Positions 10,401-21,000 of a stretch of 64,000 nt of DNA are shown here, piece by piece. Position 1 is the stretch's first letter. The number at the start of each line of letters is the position of its first letter. Made by a program: the position numbers and the translations under genes. This DNA is from Candidatus Bipolaricaulota bacterium (GTDB lineage Bacteria > Bipolaricaulota > Bipolaricaulia > UBA7950 > UBA9294): NCBI GenBank assembly GCA_028278555.1, contig JANQEA010000072.1, forward strand, positions 39,195 through 103,194, given 5' to 3'. The notes below the pieces were generated by a model, which did not search any database, was not told where the DNA came from, and saw nothing but the letters and a program-made list of their open reading frames with translations.

Positions 10401-12405
10401 GCTCTTCGAGAAGGGCGAGGAACTCGGCTTCGTCGAGCCGCCGGACGCCGAGATCGCTTGCCTTGTCGGCTTTGGAGCCAGGGTTCTCCCCGACGACGAC
10501 ATAGTCGGTCGTCCGGCTGACGTTCGAGGCGACCGAAGCGCCGAGAGACTTGACGCGCTCCGCTGCGTCGCTGCGCGGCATCGACGTGAGGGTCCCGGTG
10601 AAGACGAAGCGTGATCCCTTGAGCGGCCCACCGATCTGGGGCACGGTCGGAAGCACGATCTCGAGCCCCACATGGCGCAGATCGGCGATCGTGGCGCGAT
10701 TCTCGGGGTTGCCGAAGAACCTCACAATTCCGGCCGCGGTCTTCGGCCCGATGTCCGGGAGCTCGGTCAGCGTCTCCTCGTCGGCCTCCGTGAGGGCGTC
10801 GAGAGAGTCGAACTCGCCGGCGAGGATCTCCGCGGCGCTCTCCCCGACGTCCGGGATGCCGAGCGCGAAAAGGAACCGGGCGAATGGTACGCGTTTCGCT
10901 TCGTCGAGTGCGGCGAGGAGATTATCGGCCAGTTTCGGACCGACGCGCTCCAGCTCAATCAGCGCATCCCGATCGAGCCGGAACAGGTCGGCGAGTGAGG
11001 AGACGAGGCCCGTCTCGACCAGCTTCCCGACGAGCTTGTAGCCGAGCCCCTCGACATCGAGGCCGCCGCGTCCGATGAAGTGGAGGATCGATTGCTGGAA
11101 GCGCGCCGGACACGAAGTGTTCACGCATCGGCGCGCCACTTCGCCTTCGAATCGGACGACCTCCGTGCCGCAGGCTGGGCAGCGGGTCGGCATGGTGAAC
11201 GGGCGCTCGGTGCCGGTCCGGTGCTCCGGGAGGGGCTTGACGACCTGCGGGATGACGTCTCCCGCACGTTGCACGACGACGGTATCGCCGATCAAGACGC
11301 CTTTCCGCTCGATTTCGTCTTCGTTGTGCAGCGTGGCGCTCGTGACCTCGACGCCGTGGATCCGAACCGGTTCGAGGATCGCCACCGGCGTGAGGACGCC
11401 CGTCCTGCCAACCGAGACGACGATGTCGGTCAAGCGCGTAATCTCCTGCTGGGCCGGGAACTTCCCGGCGATCGCCCATCGCGGACTCCGACTGACGGTT
11501 CCGGCGGTCCGCCTCGCTTCGAAGTCATCGACCTTGACGACGGCTCCGTCCGTCTCGTAGGGGAGCTCTTCCCGCTCCTCCATCAGGCGTCGGTAGAAGT
11601 CGATCGCCGGTTCGATCCCTCGACTGACCTCGTACAGCGGGTTGACGCGCAGCCCGAGCCGTGGGAGCACGTCGAGCAGGGCGGCTTGCGACTCGATGGT
11701 GAGTCCCTCGATGCGCCCGACGTCGTAGCAATAAATCCTCAGCGGCCGCTCGGCCGTCACGCTCGGATCGAGCTGCCGGAGCGAGCCGGCGGCGAGATTC
11801 CGGGGATTGGCGAATGGCGGTAGACCGTCCGATTCTCTGCGTGCGTTCAGCTCGAGGAGATCGGCACGCTCAATGTAGACTTCACCACGAATCTCGAGGA
11901 GCTCCGGCACGGCCCCGTTGTGTGCCCGGAGCCGAAGCGGGATCGAGGGGATCGTCCGAAGGTTCGCCGTGACGTCCTCGCCATGACGGCCGTCGCCGCG
12001 CGTCGATCCTTGCTCGAAGACGCCACGCCGGTAGACGAGCTCGACGGAGAGACCGTCTAGCTTCGGCTCGGCGACATAGTCGACTTCATCGAGCTGAAGG
12101 ATCCCCCGAACGCGGCGATCGAAGTCGCGCAGTCCATCCTCGTCGAACGCGTTGCCGAGGCTGAGCATTGGGATCGAATGGCAAATCGTCGCGAAGTTCT
12201 CGGCCGGCGTTGCGCCGACGCGTTGCGTCGGGGAGTCCGGGGAGACGAGATCCGGGTGCTCGGACTCCAGCTGGGAGAGACGGCGAAAGAGTGCGTCGTA
12301 CTCTGCGTCGCTGATCTCGGGTCGATCGAGGATGTAGTAGAGGTGGTTGTGATGCTCGATCTCCTCGCGAAGTCGCGCGATCTCCTGTTTCGGATTGACG
12401 GCCAT
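10393..12405 (-). CDS. ligA: NAD-dependent DNA ligase LigA
   Basis: N-terminal [20 protein letters not shown], adenylation site [11 protein letters not shown], zinc finger CPACGTE...CVNTSCPA, and a C-terminal BRCT-like FVFTGTL region. ATG at 12405. Confidence 0.95.
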   Translation of the reverse strand: MAVNPKQEIARLREEIEHHNHLYYILDRPEISDAEYDALFRRLSQLESEHPDLVSPDSPTQRVGATPAENFATICHSIPMLSLGNAFDEDGLRDFDRRVRGILQLDEVDYVAEPKLDGLSVELVYRRGVFEQGSTRGDGRHGEDVTANLRTIPSIPLRLRAHNGAVPELLEIRGEVYIERADLLELNARRESDGLPPFANPRNLAAGSLRQLDPSVTAERPLRIYCYDVGRIEGLTIESQAALLDVLPRLGLRVNPLYEVSRGIEPAIDFYRRLMEEREELPYETDGAVVKVDDFEARRTAGTVSRSPRWAIAGKFPAQQEITRLTDIVVSVGRTGVLTPVAILEPVRIHGVEVTSATLHNEDEIERKGVLIGDTVVVQRAGDVIPQVVKPLPEHRTGTERPFTMPTRCPACGTEVVRFEGEVARRCVNTSCPARFQQSILHFIGRGGLDVEGLGYKLVGKLVETGLVSSLADLFRLDRDALIELERVGPKLADNLLAALDEAKRVPFARFLFALGIPDVGESAAEILAGEFDSLDALTEADEETLTELPDIGPKTAAGIVRFFGNPENRATIADLRHVGLEIVLPTVPQIGGPLKGSRFVFTGTLTSMPRSDAAERVKSLGASVASNVSRTTDYVVVGENPGSKADKASDLGVRRLDEAEFLALLEEHA

Positions 12406-12484
12406 CTCGTCGAAAGGGTCTTTGAGAGACCGATGGCTGTCAAGAAACAAGTTGCCACGGAAGGCGGCTTCGGCTCCTAGCGTT

Positions 12485-13669
12485 CTAGGCCGGCGGAGCT
12501 TCGTCGAGCAGATCGCCAGCGAGCCGTACGAGATCGGACCGGCCGACGCCGATCCCGGAGAGGAACCAGAAGATCCCATCGCGCTCCCAGGCGAGTTCGC
12601 ACGGCGCCTGGGACGGATCGATCCCCGATGCGTGCTCCTCCCAGAGTGCGCGGCGGTCGAGGTACCTCGCGTTCTGACTTCCGATCGCTTCGTCCTCGCC
12701 GACTTCGGCGATTGTGACCTTCCTGCGCGCCATGTTCCGGCTCATGTAATTGCCGGCGCGGAGCGAAACGATCTGCATGTCGGCTCCGTCTTTTTCGTCC
12801 GAACGCGAGAAGAACGACGCGACGATGTATGCCCGTTCTTGCTCAGCGCAGGAGGTCACGCGCACTCGGCCGCCGAGCGACTCGTACCCGGCTTCGATCA
12901 GCGGGGCGATCGTGAGGGAGAACGGGAGTTGTCCGGCCAGCTCGTCGATCGTCAACCACTTCTCGCGGAAGACGCGTGCATCGTCCGGCGGCGAAAAAGA
13001 CGGGCGGGGCTCGGCGCCGAGGCGAACGTCGGTGTACCGGACTGTGATCTGTCCTTCGGGGCCGAGCATTCGATGTGTCTCCGAGGTCGCCAGTGGCGAG
13101 AAGCGAAGCCGGATCGGGAACAGCGTCTCGGGATCGAATGCAACGATCGCCTTCCGGGTGAGGAAGCTGACATGCTTGAAGAGGTGTGTTCGATGCTCGT
13201 GTTTCGGTTTCAGCGCAAGGATGCGCGCCTCGCGGCCTCCGATCGTCTCTGGCTCGAGATCGCGGAGAAGGTAGTCGTGCGGGAGATCCCAGAGGCATTC
13301 GAGTGTTCCGAGAACGGCGAACTCGGGGAACGGCTCGAACAACGCGCGGGACGGCTTCACGAGGCAGACATGGGTCGAAGGATCGTGCAGCCAGGTTTCT
13401 TTTCCCTCGAGATGCAGCGACAGGCCGATCAACTCGTCGGCGGTGTACTCGGCATCTCCGGTGAGGCGCTCTTCGAGCTCGAGGAGCGGGTTCTCGTAGG
13501 ACTCGTACTCCACCATAAGGCGGTCCGGCCGTGACGACGCGATCCTGGCCGTGAGGCGGATCCGTCCGGCCTCGACCGTCTGTGTCGCTTCGTAGGCCTT
13601 CAGGCCCCGGGTTGCCTCGACGACCGCCTGGGCGAAGTCCGGGAGAGAGAGATCCTTGGGTTCTGCCAT
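12485..13669 (-). CDS. Hypothetical protein, possible LolA/RseB-like (lipoprotein-sorting fold) N-terminal half
   Basis: Clean 394-aa ORF from ATG 13669 (MAEPKDLSLPDF). The pattern ...RLMVEYES...LHLEGKETWLHDPSTHVCLV resembles LolA-fold proteins. The family call is weak. Confidence 0.4.
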   Translation of the reverse strand: MAEPKDLSLPDFAQAVVEATRGLKAYEATQTVEAGRIRLTARIASSRPDRLMVEYESYENPLLELEERLTGDAEYTADELIGLSLHLEGKETWLHDPSTHVCLVKPSRALFEPFPEFAVLGTLECLWDLPHDYLLRDLEPETIGGREARILALKPKHEHRTHLFKHVSFLTRKAIVAFDPETLFPIRLRFSPLATSETHRMLGPEGQITVRYTDVRLGAEPRPSFSPPDDARVFREKWLTIDELAGQLPFSLTIAPLIEAGYESLGGRVRVTSCAEQERAYIVASFFSRSDEKDGADMQIVSLRAGNYMSRNMARRKVTIAEVGEDEAIGSQNARYLDRRALWEEHASGIDPSQAPCELAWERDGIFWFLSGIGVGRSDLVRLAGDLLDEAPPA

Positions 13670-13984
13670 GGTCGCTACGGAGTATACCTGGAAGGCCGGG
13701 TTTCGTTCTTGGGCTCTGCATGCTGTCGGAAGCGCGGACAGGCCATCTGTCTTCCGCGGCAACTGGACGGATGACTTGGTGACGAACGTCCTCTCGAATC
13801 TGGAAACCGCCTAGGGGTGGTTATTTTGCTGAAGACAGCGAGCGCTTCCAGCGAGCTGCAACCGCGTAGTCGAGCCGCTTTGCGTACCGCGAATCCGGAA
13901 GTGATGCATAGACAGGTGCCACTTGACGAAGCGAGGCGTGTTCCGGTATTCAATACGCAGGGGGTTCCGCAGGGAGGGAACCGG

Positions 13985-14185
13985 ATGTCGCTTGAGGACG
14001 GCAAGGTGCTGGACACCGTCATGTTGGAAACCCTCGCCGTGATCGCAGCCGCGAATGAGCGCTCTCTTGTCGAGGAACTGAATCGCGCCGTCCGAACGTA
14101 CGTTCTCAACGAGCTCGCCGAGAGCGATGAGCTGAAGCTTCTCGAGCAGGCCGTCTCCGGCGAGGCTCGGGCATTCGTCGAGTAG
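13985..14185 (+). CDS. Small hypothetical protein (ribbon-helix-helix-like?)
   Basis: 66-aa ORF MSLEDGKVLDTVMLETLAVIAAANERSLVEELNRAVRTYVLNEL. It looks like a CopG/RHH-type beta-alpha-alpha unit. Both the start and the coding status are uncertain. Confidence 0.3.
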   Translation: MSLEDGKVLDTVMLETLAVIAAANERSLVEELNRAVRTYVLNELAESDELKLLEQAVSGEARAFVE

Positions 14186-14297
14186 TCAACCGTGCTCAAG
14201 AAGTTCGAGTCATCTGTCCAGGCTCCATGGGGTGTCTTCCGTTGTGGTCCGATTCGCCGCACGCTACACTGGGTCACTCCAGCGATGAGGGGGAGCC

Positions 14298-14795
14298 ATG
14301 AAGAACGTCGGGATATGGATTGTCATTGCATTCATCGGGATTGGTGCAGCAGCGCTCGCGCTGTCCCTTCGAGTCGGAAGTCCTCCCGAATTGGCCCCCA
14401 ACTTCACGCTCCGCAGCCTGGATGATGCTGAGATCTCGCTTGCGGACTACCGCGGGAGCGTGGTCATCCTCGACTTCTGGGCGACGTGGTGCAAGCCATG
14501 CACGCGGACGTTTCCCGCGCTTCATGCGCTCTCCGAGGAGTACGCCGAGCAAGGCGTCGTCCTTCTCATCGTCAGTCTCGACCGGAGCGAAGAGAAGGCG
14601 CGGGACTACCTGCTGGAGAATGGCTACGCGACCGACAACGTCCTCTGGGGATCGCGTCGGGCAGCACTTGCGGTGAAGGACCTCTACGACGTTTTCGGGA
14701 TCCCTCGAACGTTCGTCATCGATCGCGAGGGCTACATCCGTTTCTCTGGTCATCCCACGAGGCTTTCACCCAACGACCTCGAGCCTTGGCTCTAG
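14298..14795 (+). CDS. TlpA/ResA-family thiol-disulfide oxidoreductase (membrane-anchored thioredoxin fold)
   Basis: N-terminal TM helix, then ILDFWATWCKPCTRTFP (WCxxC active site). Confidence 0.8.
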   Translation: MKNVGIWIVIAFIGIGAAALALSLRVGSPPELAPNFTLRSLDDAEISLADYRGSVVILDFWATWCKPCTRTFPALHALSEEYAEQGVVLLIVSLDRSEEKARDYLLENGYATDNVLWGSRRAALAVKDLYDVFGIPRTFVIDREGYIRFSGHPTRLSPNDLEPWL

Positions 14796-15151
14796 GAGCG
14801 CTTTCGCCGGTCTGACGGCTCTCCCTCCCGGTGTTGCCGTCAGCGATACGTCCCCCGATCGCCTGAAGAGCCTGCCCATCCCCCTGTTATCGCGAAGCGG
14901 TGAACCGAGTCGGTGGTTCGGGCGACATACGGGGTGACAGGGAGGTGGACGACATGCGAAAGACCGGAAGAAACGACGTCGACCTTGCGATCATGTCGTA
15001 TGATGAGAAATTGAGGATGAGTATGCGTCCGACAGAGATTCGAAGCCGCCGGGGGTCGCGGAGCTGTGCGCGCCGACATGACTGTGGAGGCGTGGAGGGA
15101 AACCGCTTTCGCGAAACAGAGAAGGCGATCGATGTGCGGACGTAGGGAGGT

Positions 15152-15661
15152 TTGGTGGCTTCCGACCGTGAGCTTCTCGAAGGCGTTGCAGCCGGGAGTG
15201 AGGATGCGTTCAAGCAGCTCTACGACCGCTTCGCGGAGCGCGTCTATCGGTATGCATTCACGATCCTTCGAGTCGAGCATCTCGCTGAGGAAGTTGCACA
15301 GGAGACGATGATCGCCGTGTGGAAGGGAGCTTCGAAGTTCGCGGGTCGATCGAAGGCTTCAACGTGGATCTTCGGCATCGCCCGCAACCAAGCGTACAGC
15401 CTGGTTCGCAAGGAGAGCCGAACCGAACGGGTTCCGGATGTCTCGCTTGTCGAACCCGACCCAGCCCCCGGCATTCATCGACAGGAGAGGGTCGCGGAGG
15501 CATTGAAGCGACTCTCGGACGATCATCGCGAAGTCGTCTTCCTGACGTTCTACGAAGGGCTGTCGTACGGCGAGATCGCGTCGATCCTCGACATTCCTTC
15601 CGGGACGGTGAAATCGCGGATGTTCCACGCCAAGAAGCAACTTGCGGAGGCGCTGACATGA
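15152..15661 (+). CDS. ECF-type RNA polymerase sigma factor
   Basis: Region 2 ...VYRYAFTILRVEHLAEEVAQETMIAVWK. Region 4 LSYGEIASILDIPSGTVKSRMFHAKKQL. The start is TTG 15152 or GTG 15155, after GGGAGG. Confidence 0.85.
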   Translation: MVASDRELLEGVAAGSEDAFKQLYDRFAERVYRYAFTILRVEHLAEEVAQETMIAVWKGASKFAGRSKASTWIFGIARNQAYSLVRKESRTERVPDVSLVEPDPAPGIHRQERVAEALKRLSDDHREVVFLTFYEGLSYGEIASILDIPSGTVKSRMFHAKKQLAEALT

Positions 15662-16044
15662 GTCGATGTAGAGAGGTTCAGGAACTCGTTCCCTGGTACA
15701 TCGAGGGGGGGCTCTTGAGCGAGGAAGAGCGAGCCGTTGCAGAACACTTGAGTCAGTGCGATGCGTGCCGGGACGATTTGGTGATGACGATGCGACTCCG
15801 GTTCGACATCCGGACAATCGTCGACGCTGCACCGGGCCCGTCGAGCCGACTGCGAGACCACGTGTCCCGACGCGTTCTCGGCAGGAAGCTCGCACAACTC
15901 GATGTCGGGTCGTTCGTTCTCGGCTTCTCGATGGGGGCAAGCCTGCGGAACCGAAGGATCCCGATTCGCGGAGATCTGAACGTGATGGGGCGGAGAATCC
16001 GCCTGTTCAATACGGAGAGAAATAGGAAAGGAGGAGACGGATGA
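15658..16044 (+). CDS. Anti-sigma factor, zf-HC2 type
   Basis: The ATG overlaps the sigma stop (ATGA at 15658-15661). HxxxCxxC motif in AEHLSQCDACRDD. Confidence 0.7.
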   Translation: MSRCREVQELVPWYIEGGLLSEEERAVAEHLSQCDACRDDLVMTMRLRFDIRTIVDAAPGPSSRLRDHVSRRVLGRKLAQLDVGSFVLGFSMGASLRNRRIPIRGDLNVMGRRIRLFNTERNRKGGDG

Positions 16045-16352
16045 GTGGCGATGATTTCATCCGAAGCGTCGATGATTTGCGCGAGGTGCTCGAGGCAGTC
16101 TCGGATCAGGTCCCGGATCTTCTCAGGGGATTGCGAGACTTGATCTACTCGAAGGAGGCGGCGGAGAACATGGCCGACGCGGTGTCGACGTTCTACAAGA
16201 AGCTCGTCGACGCGGGCATCCCGAGGGACGAGGCGCTTGACATGGCTCGCGGCTACGTCCTCAATCTGCGCGAGATTCTCGGCAGCAAGGGCGGTCTGAA
16301 CATGAACATCGGCGACTTCACCAAGTCGCGACGGAGAGGAGACGCCGACTGA
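16041..16352 (+). CDS. Hypothetical protein
   Basis: ATG 16041 overlaps the anti-sigma stop (ATGA) and follows AGGAAAGGAGGA. 103 aa, helical and acidic, with no recognised motif. Confidence 0.5.
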   Translation: MSGDDFIRSVDDLREVLEAVSDQVPDLLRGLRDLIYSKEAAENMADAVSTFYKKLVDAGIPRDEALDMARGYVLNLREILGSKGGLNMNIGDFTKSRRRGDAD

Positions 16353-16390
16353 AACTGATCGTACGGATCGTTATCGGAATCTCGATTGCG

Positions 16391-16585
16391 TTGCTCCTCT
16401 TCTGGCTTGTCGGGCAGATGATCGGGTTCGCGCTCGGTCTGCTGCGCGCTCGCCGGCGGTCGCGGGACGTCTTCGAACGACGGCTCCGGCGAAACGGGCT
16501 GCCGGAAGACGTGGTCGAGGAGATCATGCAACGGTACCACGCGCGCGGCTTGCTCCGTGACCTGATCCGATCGAACGTCTCGTAG
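16391..16585 (+). CDS. Small membrane protein (hypothetical)
   Basis: TTG-start ORF with one hydrophobic helix (LLFWLVGQMIGFALGLL) followed by a basic tail. The open frame continues upstream without a canonical start. Confidence 0.35.
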   Translation: MLLFWLVGQMIGFALGLLRARRRSRDVFERRLRRNGLPEDVVEEIMQRYHARGLLRDLIRSNVS

Positions 16586-16639
16586 GACGAAGGTCGACCC
16601 GTTTGTCAGTCCGTGATTCCCTGGATACCATGAAGCCCT

Positions 16640-16716
16640 CGGGACGTGGCGCAGCCTGGTAGCGTGCTTGCATGGGGCGCAAGAGGTCCCCGGTTCAAAT
16701 CCGGGCGTCCCGACCA
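16640..16716 (+). tRNA. tRNA-Pro (anticodon GGG)
   Basis: Hand-folded cloverleaf. Acceptor CGGGACG/CGTCCCG, D arm GCGC-AGCCTGGTA-GCGT, anticodon arm CTTGC-ATGGGGC-GCAAG, variable loop AGGTC, T arm CCCGG-TTCAAAT-CCGGG, discriminator A, encoded CCA. Confidence 0.9.
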
Positions 16717-16717
16717 G

Positions 16718-16747
16718 CCGCGGGCGATCTGCTCGCGGTTTCTCTTT
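16718..16747 (+). terminator. Rho-independent terminator after tRNA-Pro
   Basis: CCGCGGG-cgatctg-CTCGCGG stem (7 bp, one G-U) followed by TTTCTCTTT. Confidence 0.5.
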
Positions 16748-16758
16748 GAAGCCGAGGA

Positions 16759-17949
16759 CTAGTCCGTCAGTCGAAGCAGGATCGTGTCGATCGACCGTCC
16801 GCTCGGCACGAGGTGAAGGCGATCGTCGACGACCGACGCCACAGGGATCGCCTCGACCAGGAGACTGTCGTCGGCGAACGTGCATCGGACGTAATGAAGC
16901 ATCCCGTAGCGCCTGGAGACGGTCCCCGGCGCGATACTCTCGGGGGCCGGGATCAACGTTGCGCCGCCGCCGCCGGTGTTGACGAAGTGGATGCCACGTC
17001 GATAGATGTGCTCGTAGCACGCCTGGGAAGCGCTGAAGACGACGTCGACCCCGTAGTAGCGGAAGAGGGACTCCCACGCGGCTGTCAATGCGCCATGCGC
17101 ACCGCCGTCGTACGACGCGCTGTAGAGCGCGTCGTACGCGAAAACGACGATGAACTTCCCGACGACCTGTGCGAGATCGTTCTCCAGCCAGGCGGTCTGC
17201 GCCCGCATGGCCGTTCCGTCCGCCGAGTCCGCAAGCGTCGAATCGAGACCGATGAAGTGGATCCCCCCGACATCGAACGACCACCATTGCTCGTCCTCGG
17301 TCCCTCCACCGACTGGGAGCGCGAAGTAATCGTAGTAGAGCGAGCCGGTCGACTCTGCCCCGCCGATGACCGTGACATACGGATGAACGCGGGCCAGGTC
17401 GGCGATCGCCCAGAAGAAGTTGTCGAAGCGTTCCTCGGACGCGGCATCGACGAGCCCGCCGGTGTGGAAGACGATCGATCCCGTCCCCTCGGACACCATC
17501 GCTTCAGCGACGAGCTTGTGCCGGTCCGGGAATGAGCGCGTTGCCCCGTAGACGGAGAACGAGAAGGAACGGGCGGTCGGATCGAGCGTGGTGAAGCTTC
17601 CGACCTCGGTCGGATAGACGGCGTCCCCCTCGTAGAAGATCAACTGATACCGATAGGCGGAGCTCGGCATCAGATCCTGAAGCCAGATCTCGGCAACGCC
17701 TTCGTGGTGATCGAACGTCAGTGTCTCCTCCCACTCGCCGGTCGCGTCGTAGACGCGTGCGAGGCTGTAGCGAAGATCGAACCCGACGGCGCGATTGGTC
17801 ATCCACGTGATCGCGACGAAGTCTTCTCCGATGGCGCCGAGGATCGGCCCCCATGTCCAGGGGGCTGAACGCTGAGCGGATCCGGCCAGCACACACGCAA
17901 CAATCAGGAGCGATACGAACAGCAATGAACGAGAGAACCTCACCGACAT
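16759..17949 (-). CDS. Secreted purple-acid-phosphatase-like metallophosphoesterase homologue, predicted catalytically dead
   Basis: Signal peptide, then an FN3-like PAP N-domain (...AYRYQLIFYEG...GSFTT), then a calcineurin-like scaffold. The metal-ligand motifs are replaced: GD->GA (VYGATR), GDxxY->GGLVD, GNHE->GGAE, GHxH->ASQACYEH. Confidence 0.6.
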   Translation of the reverse strand: MSVRFSRSLLFVSLLIVACVLAGSAQRSAPWTWGPILGAIGEDFVAITWMTNRAVGFDLRYSLARVYDATGEWEETLTFDHHEGVAEIWLQDLMPSSAYRYQLIFYEGDAVYPTEVGSFTTLDPTARSFSFSVYGATRSFPDRHKLVAEAMVSEGTGSIVFHTGGLVDAASEERFDNFFWAIADLARVHPYVTVIGGAESTGSLYYDYFALPVGGGTEDEQWWSFDVGGIHFIGLDSTLADSADGTAMRAQTAWLENDLAQVVGKFIVVFAYDALYSASYDGGAHGALTAAWESLFRYYGVDVVFSASQACYEHIYRRGIHFVNTGGGGATLIPAPESIAPGTVSRRYGMLHYVRCTFADDSLLVEAIPVASVVDDRLHLVPSGRSIDTILLRLTD

Positions 17950-18066
17950 GCCTCCTCACCTCCCAACCCGTGGTGTGAACATGAAGGCGACCATGCCACG
18001 GGAACCATTCTGGCATGAAAGGGAGGCCCGGTCAATCGACGCAGACCGAGCCTCCTAGGATGGCAT

Positions 18067-21000
18067 CTATGGAACGGCCGATGCGTCCCGGAAATCGAAC
18101 TCATGGAGGAAGACCTGGACCGTACGAGCCTCGCTTGCGGTCACACGGATCCGCGCCTTCGCTACCGTCCCTTGCGCATACGGGATCTCCACCCACTTGG
18201 AGAGTTCGACCACGTCGTCAAAGACGTCGACCCATTGACCGTTCCTGTAGACGTCGATGTCCAGTCGAAGGGTGGGGTCATATTCGATGTGGACGAAGCC
18301 GTTGATCCGCAGGCGGAGCCCGTCGGACAGAAGTCCGCCGCCCGGTGCATGGAGAACGAGCGTTGGGGACCAGCTTCCGCTCCGTTGCACCCGCGATTCG
18401 GCGTAGGTCTCAAGCTTGTTGTCGAACACCTTCTTCTCGTCTGCCCAGCCGTCAACGTCGTCGGCCGCGGTCGGTGAGACCCAGACCCCCGTTTCGGGCT
18501 CAGTCACGGAGACCGTCGTCATCTCGGACGTTGTGGCACCGTCGTTGTCGGTGACGACGAGTCGTACGCTGTACGAGCCGGGTGCGGAGAATGCGCGCGT
18601 CGCGATCGCGCCGGAGCCGGACGTGCCGTCGCCGAAGGTCCACGTATAGGCAGCGATGCTCCCGTCCGGATCATGTGACCCCGACGCATCGAATTGGACG
18701 ACCTCGCCGACTGTCGGTCCGAGCGGAGCATAGGTGAACGAAGCGATCGGCGGCTGGTTCGACACCACGGGCGTCAGGGTGACGGAGACTGTGGACGTCT
18801 GACCGGCGGTGATGACGACCTGCCGCGTCTCGGTTGCGTAGCCGCTTCGCGACAGCCGGACGGTATGGACCCCGGGCGCGACGTCTTGCCGCGTCAGCGG
18901 GGTTGTCCCGATGGGCGAGCCATCGAGTTCGACTGTAGCGCCGGACGGGGATGAGAAGACCTGGAGCGTTCCGCCGGCCGGCGGCGCCGACACGACCTGG
19001 AACGAGAGCGTATCGTACGCCCAATCGCCGCTTGGTAGCTGAGTCTGCATCGTGTTGAGGACCGAGTTCCGGAACGCCGTGGGATTCGTGCTCAACTGCG
19101 GGAACCCCGATCCGAAGCTTGTGGGGAACTGAGGGAGCGGGCTCGCCGCAGCGAACAGGTAGAGCGTCTCAGTGCCGATCGGCTCCGTGATCCGAAGTGT
19201 GTACGGTCCGCCTGGAACGACATACGTTCCTGCGGAGAGCGGATTGCCCGGCTCGATCCAGTTCGGAAGCATCAGGGTGACCCGCCCATCGGCAGCGACA
19301 TCGCAGAGGTAGACGTAGGCCGTCCGGTTCGTCGTGAACGTGACCGAAATCGCTTCGCCGACTTCGTACGTTGTCCTCGGAATCGAGAGCTGCACCGAAA
19401 GCGGCGGCCCGACAGCAGCAATGACCGCTTGGGTTGAATCGGTCGACTGGAGTCCGCCCTGTCCGTAGACCGTCAGCGTCACCGGATAGGTCCCGGGACT
19501 CGCGTAGGCGTGGCTGACAGAGATCCCTTGCCCGGTCGTACCATCACCGAATGACCAGAGGTACGTCGTGATCTGCCCGGTCGAGCCGGATCCGTCGAAG
19601 ACGATCGCTGAACCCGGGATACCGGCGTACGGTCCGCCGGCGTCGGCGGAGGGCGGTACGGCGGCTGAGGCGACGGTCGAGCTGCGGGTGTTGTTCGATT
19701 CGTTCGATTCAGCGACCTGGCCGAGATCATCGGCGGTCGCAGTGAACGTTTCGGGACTCGTCGTCAGCGGAAGCGCCAGCGTGAACGTCTGACTCGCACC
19801 GGCAGCCAACTGGGTAACGTAGGTCTGCGTCGAAGACGCGCTACCGACCAGCCGGACACGGAACAGACCCGCGCCGGCATTTCCAGCGTTTCGCACCGTG
19901 ATCGTGAACGCGACGTTCTGGCCGATGGTCGGACTCGTCGGCGAGTGGACCATGTTCTGGATGACGAGATCCGGGGCTCCGGCAGACTGAACGCTGACCG
20001 TTCGTGTCGTCGTGTCCGACGCGCTGTCGTCATCGAGGATCGTCAGTCGGACCGTGTATGTGCCGGGCGTCGCATAGACGTGTTGAGACGTTTGCCCGGT
20101 GCCGAACGACCCGTCACCGTACTCCCATTGGTAGGAGACGATCGCTCCGTCCGGGTCGAAGGAAGCAGCCGCGTTGTACAGGAACAGGGTCCCGGCCGGT
20201 CCAGAACCCGGGGAGACCGTGAACGATGCCGTCGGCGGTTGATTCGCCGGCGCCGACACGTAGATCGTCGAGCTTGCCGTGTCGGTCGCGCCGTCGTCAT
20301 CGGTGACCGTCAGCCGGGCCGTGTAGCTACCGGGTGTCGCATAGACGTGCGAAGTCGTCGGGCTCGAGCCGTTCGCTCCATCCCCGAAGGTCCACGCGTA
20401 GGAGACGATGGCACCGTCCGGATCGGTCGAATTCGTTCCGTTGAACGAGACCGGGGCTCCGGCCAGCGGCGAAGGCGGCGAGAACGTGAACGCGGCCGTC
20501 GGCGATTGGTTCGGGGACGTTGGCGGGAAGAGGGAGAGGCGGCCATTCCCGAAGATGTTCGGGCTTCCCATCGGAATCGTCTGCGACAGGAGGCGGGCGC
20601 GGAGCGCCGGCTCGTTCAGGCTCGGGTTCTGATCGAGAAGGAGGGCGGCGGCCCCGGCCGCGAACGGCGCGGCACCGGAGGTTCCATGGAACGTCGTGTA
20701 CGGCGCCGTTCCTGTACTCGTTTTGTCCGGCGCGCAGAGATCCGGCTTCGTCCGGCCGTCATTCGTCGGGCCTCGTGAGCTGTAGGGCTCCTGAGGACCG
20801 GTCGTGTAGTGCGCATGGTCGATCGCTCCGACGGCGATCACTTCGGAGACGTTCGCCGGAGCGAGGATCGAGCTGGAGGCGACGACGGGCGAAAGGGAGT
20901 GGTTGAGGCTGAACAGCTCGAGAGACTTGTGCCCGCTCCCCTGGATCCGAATCGTGTAGGTTCCGCTCGTCGACGCCGATACCTGGATCGACTCGGTCGG

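Noticed and set aside
16640-16716. tRNA-Pro as the integration site of the accessory island
   Set aside because: The tRNA is about 26 kb from the compositional island. It is surrounded by core-like high-GC genes, and no partial tRNA repeat was seen at either island border.
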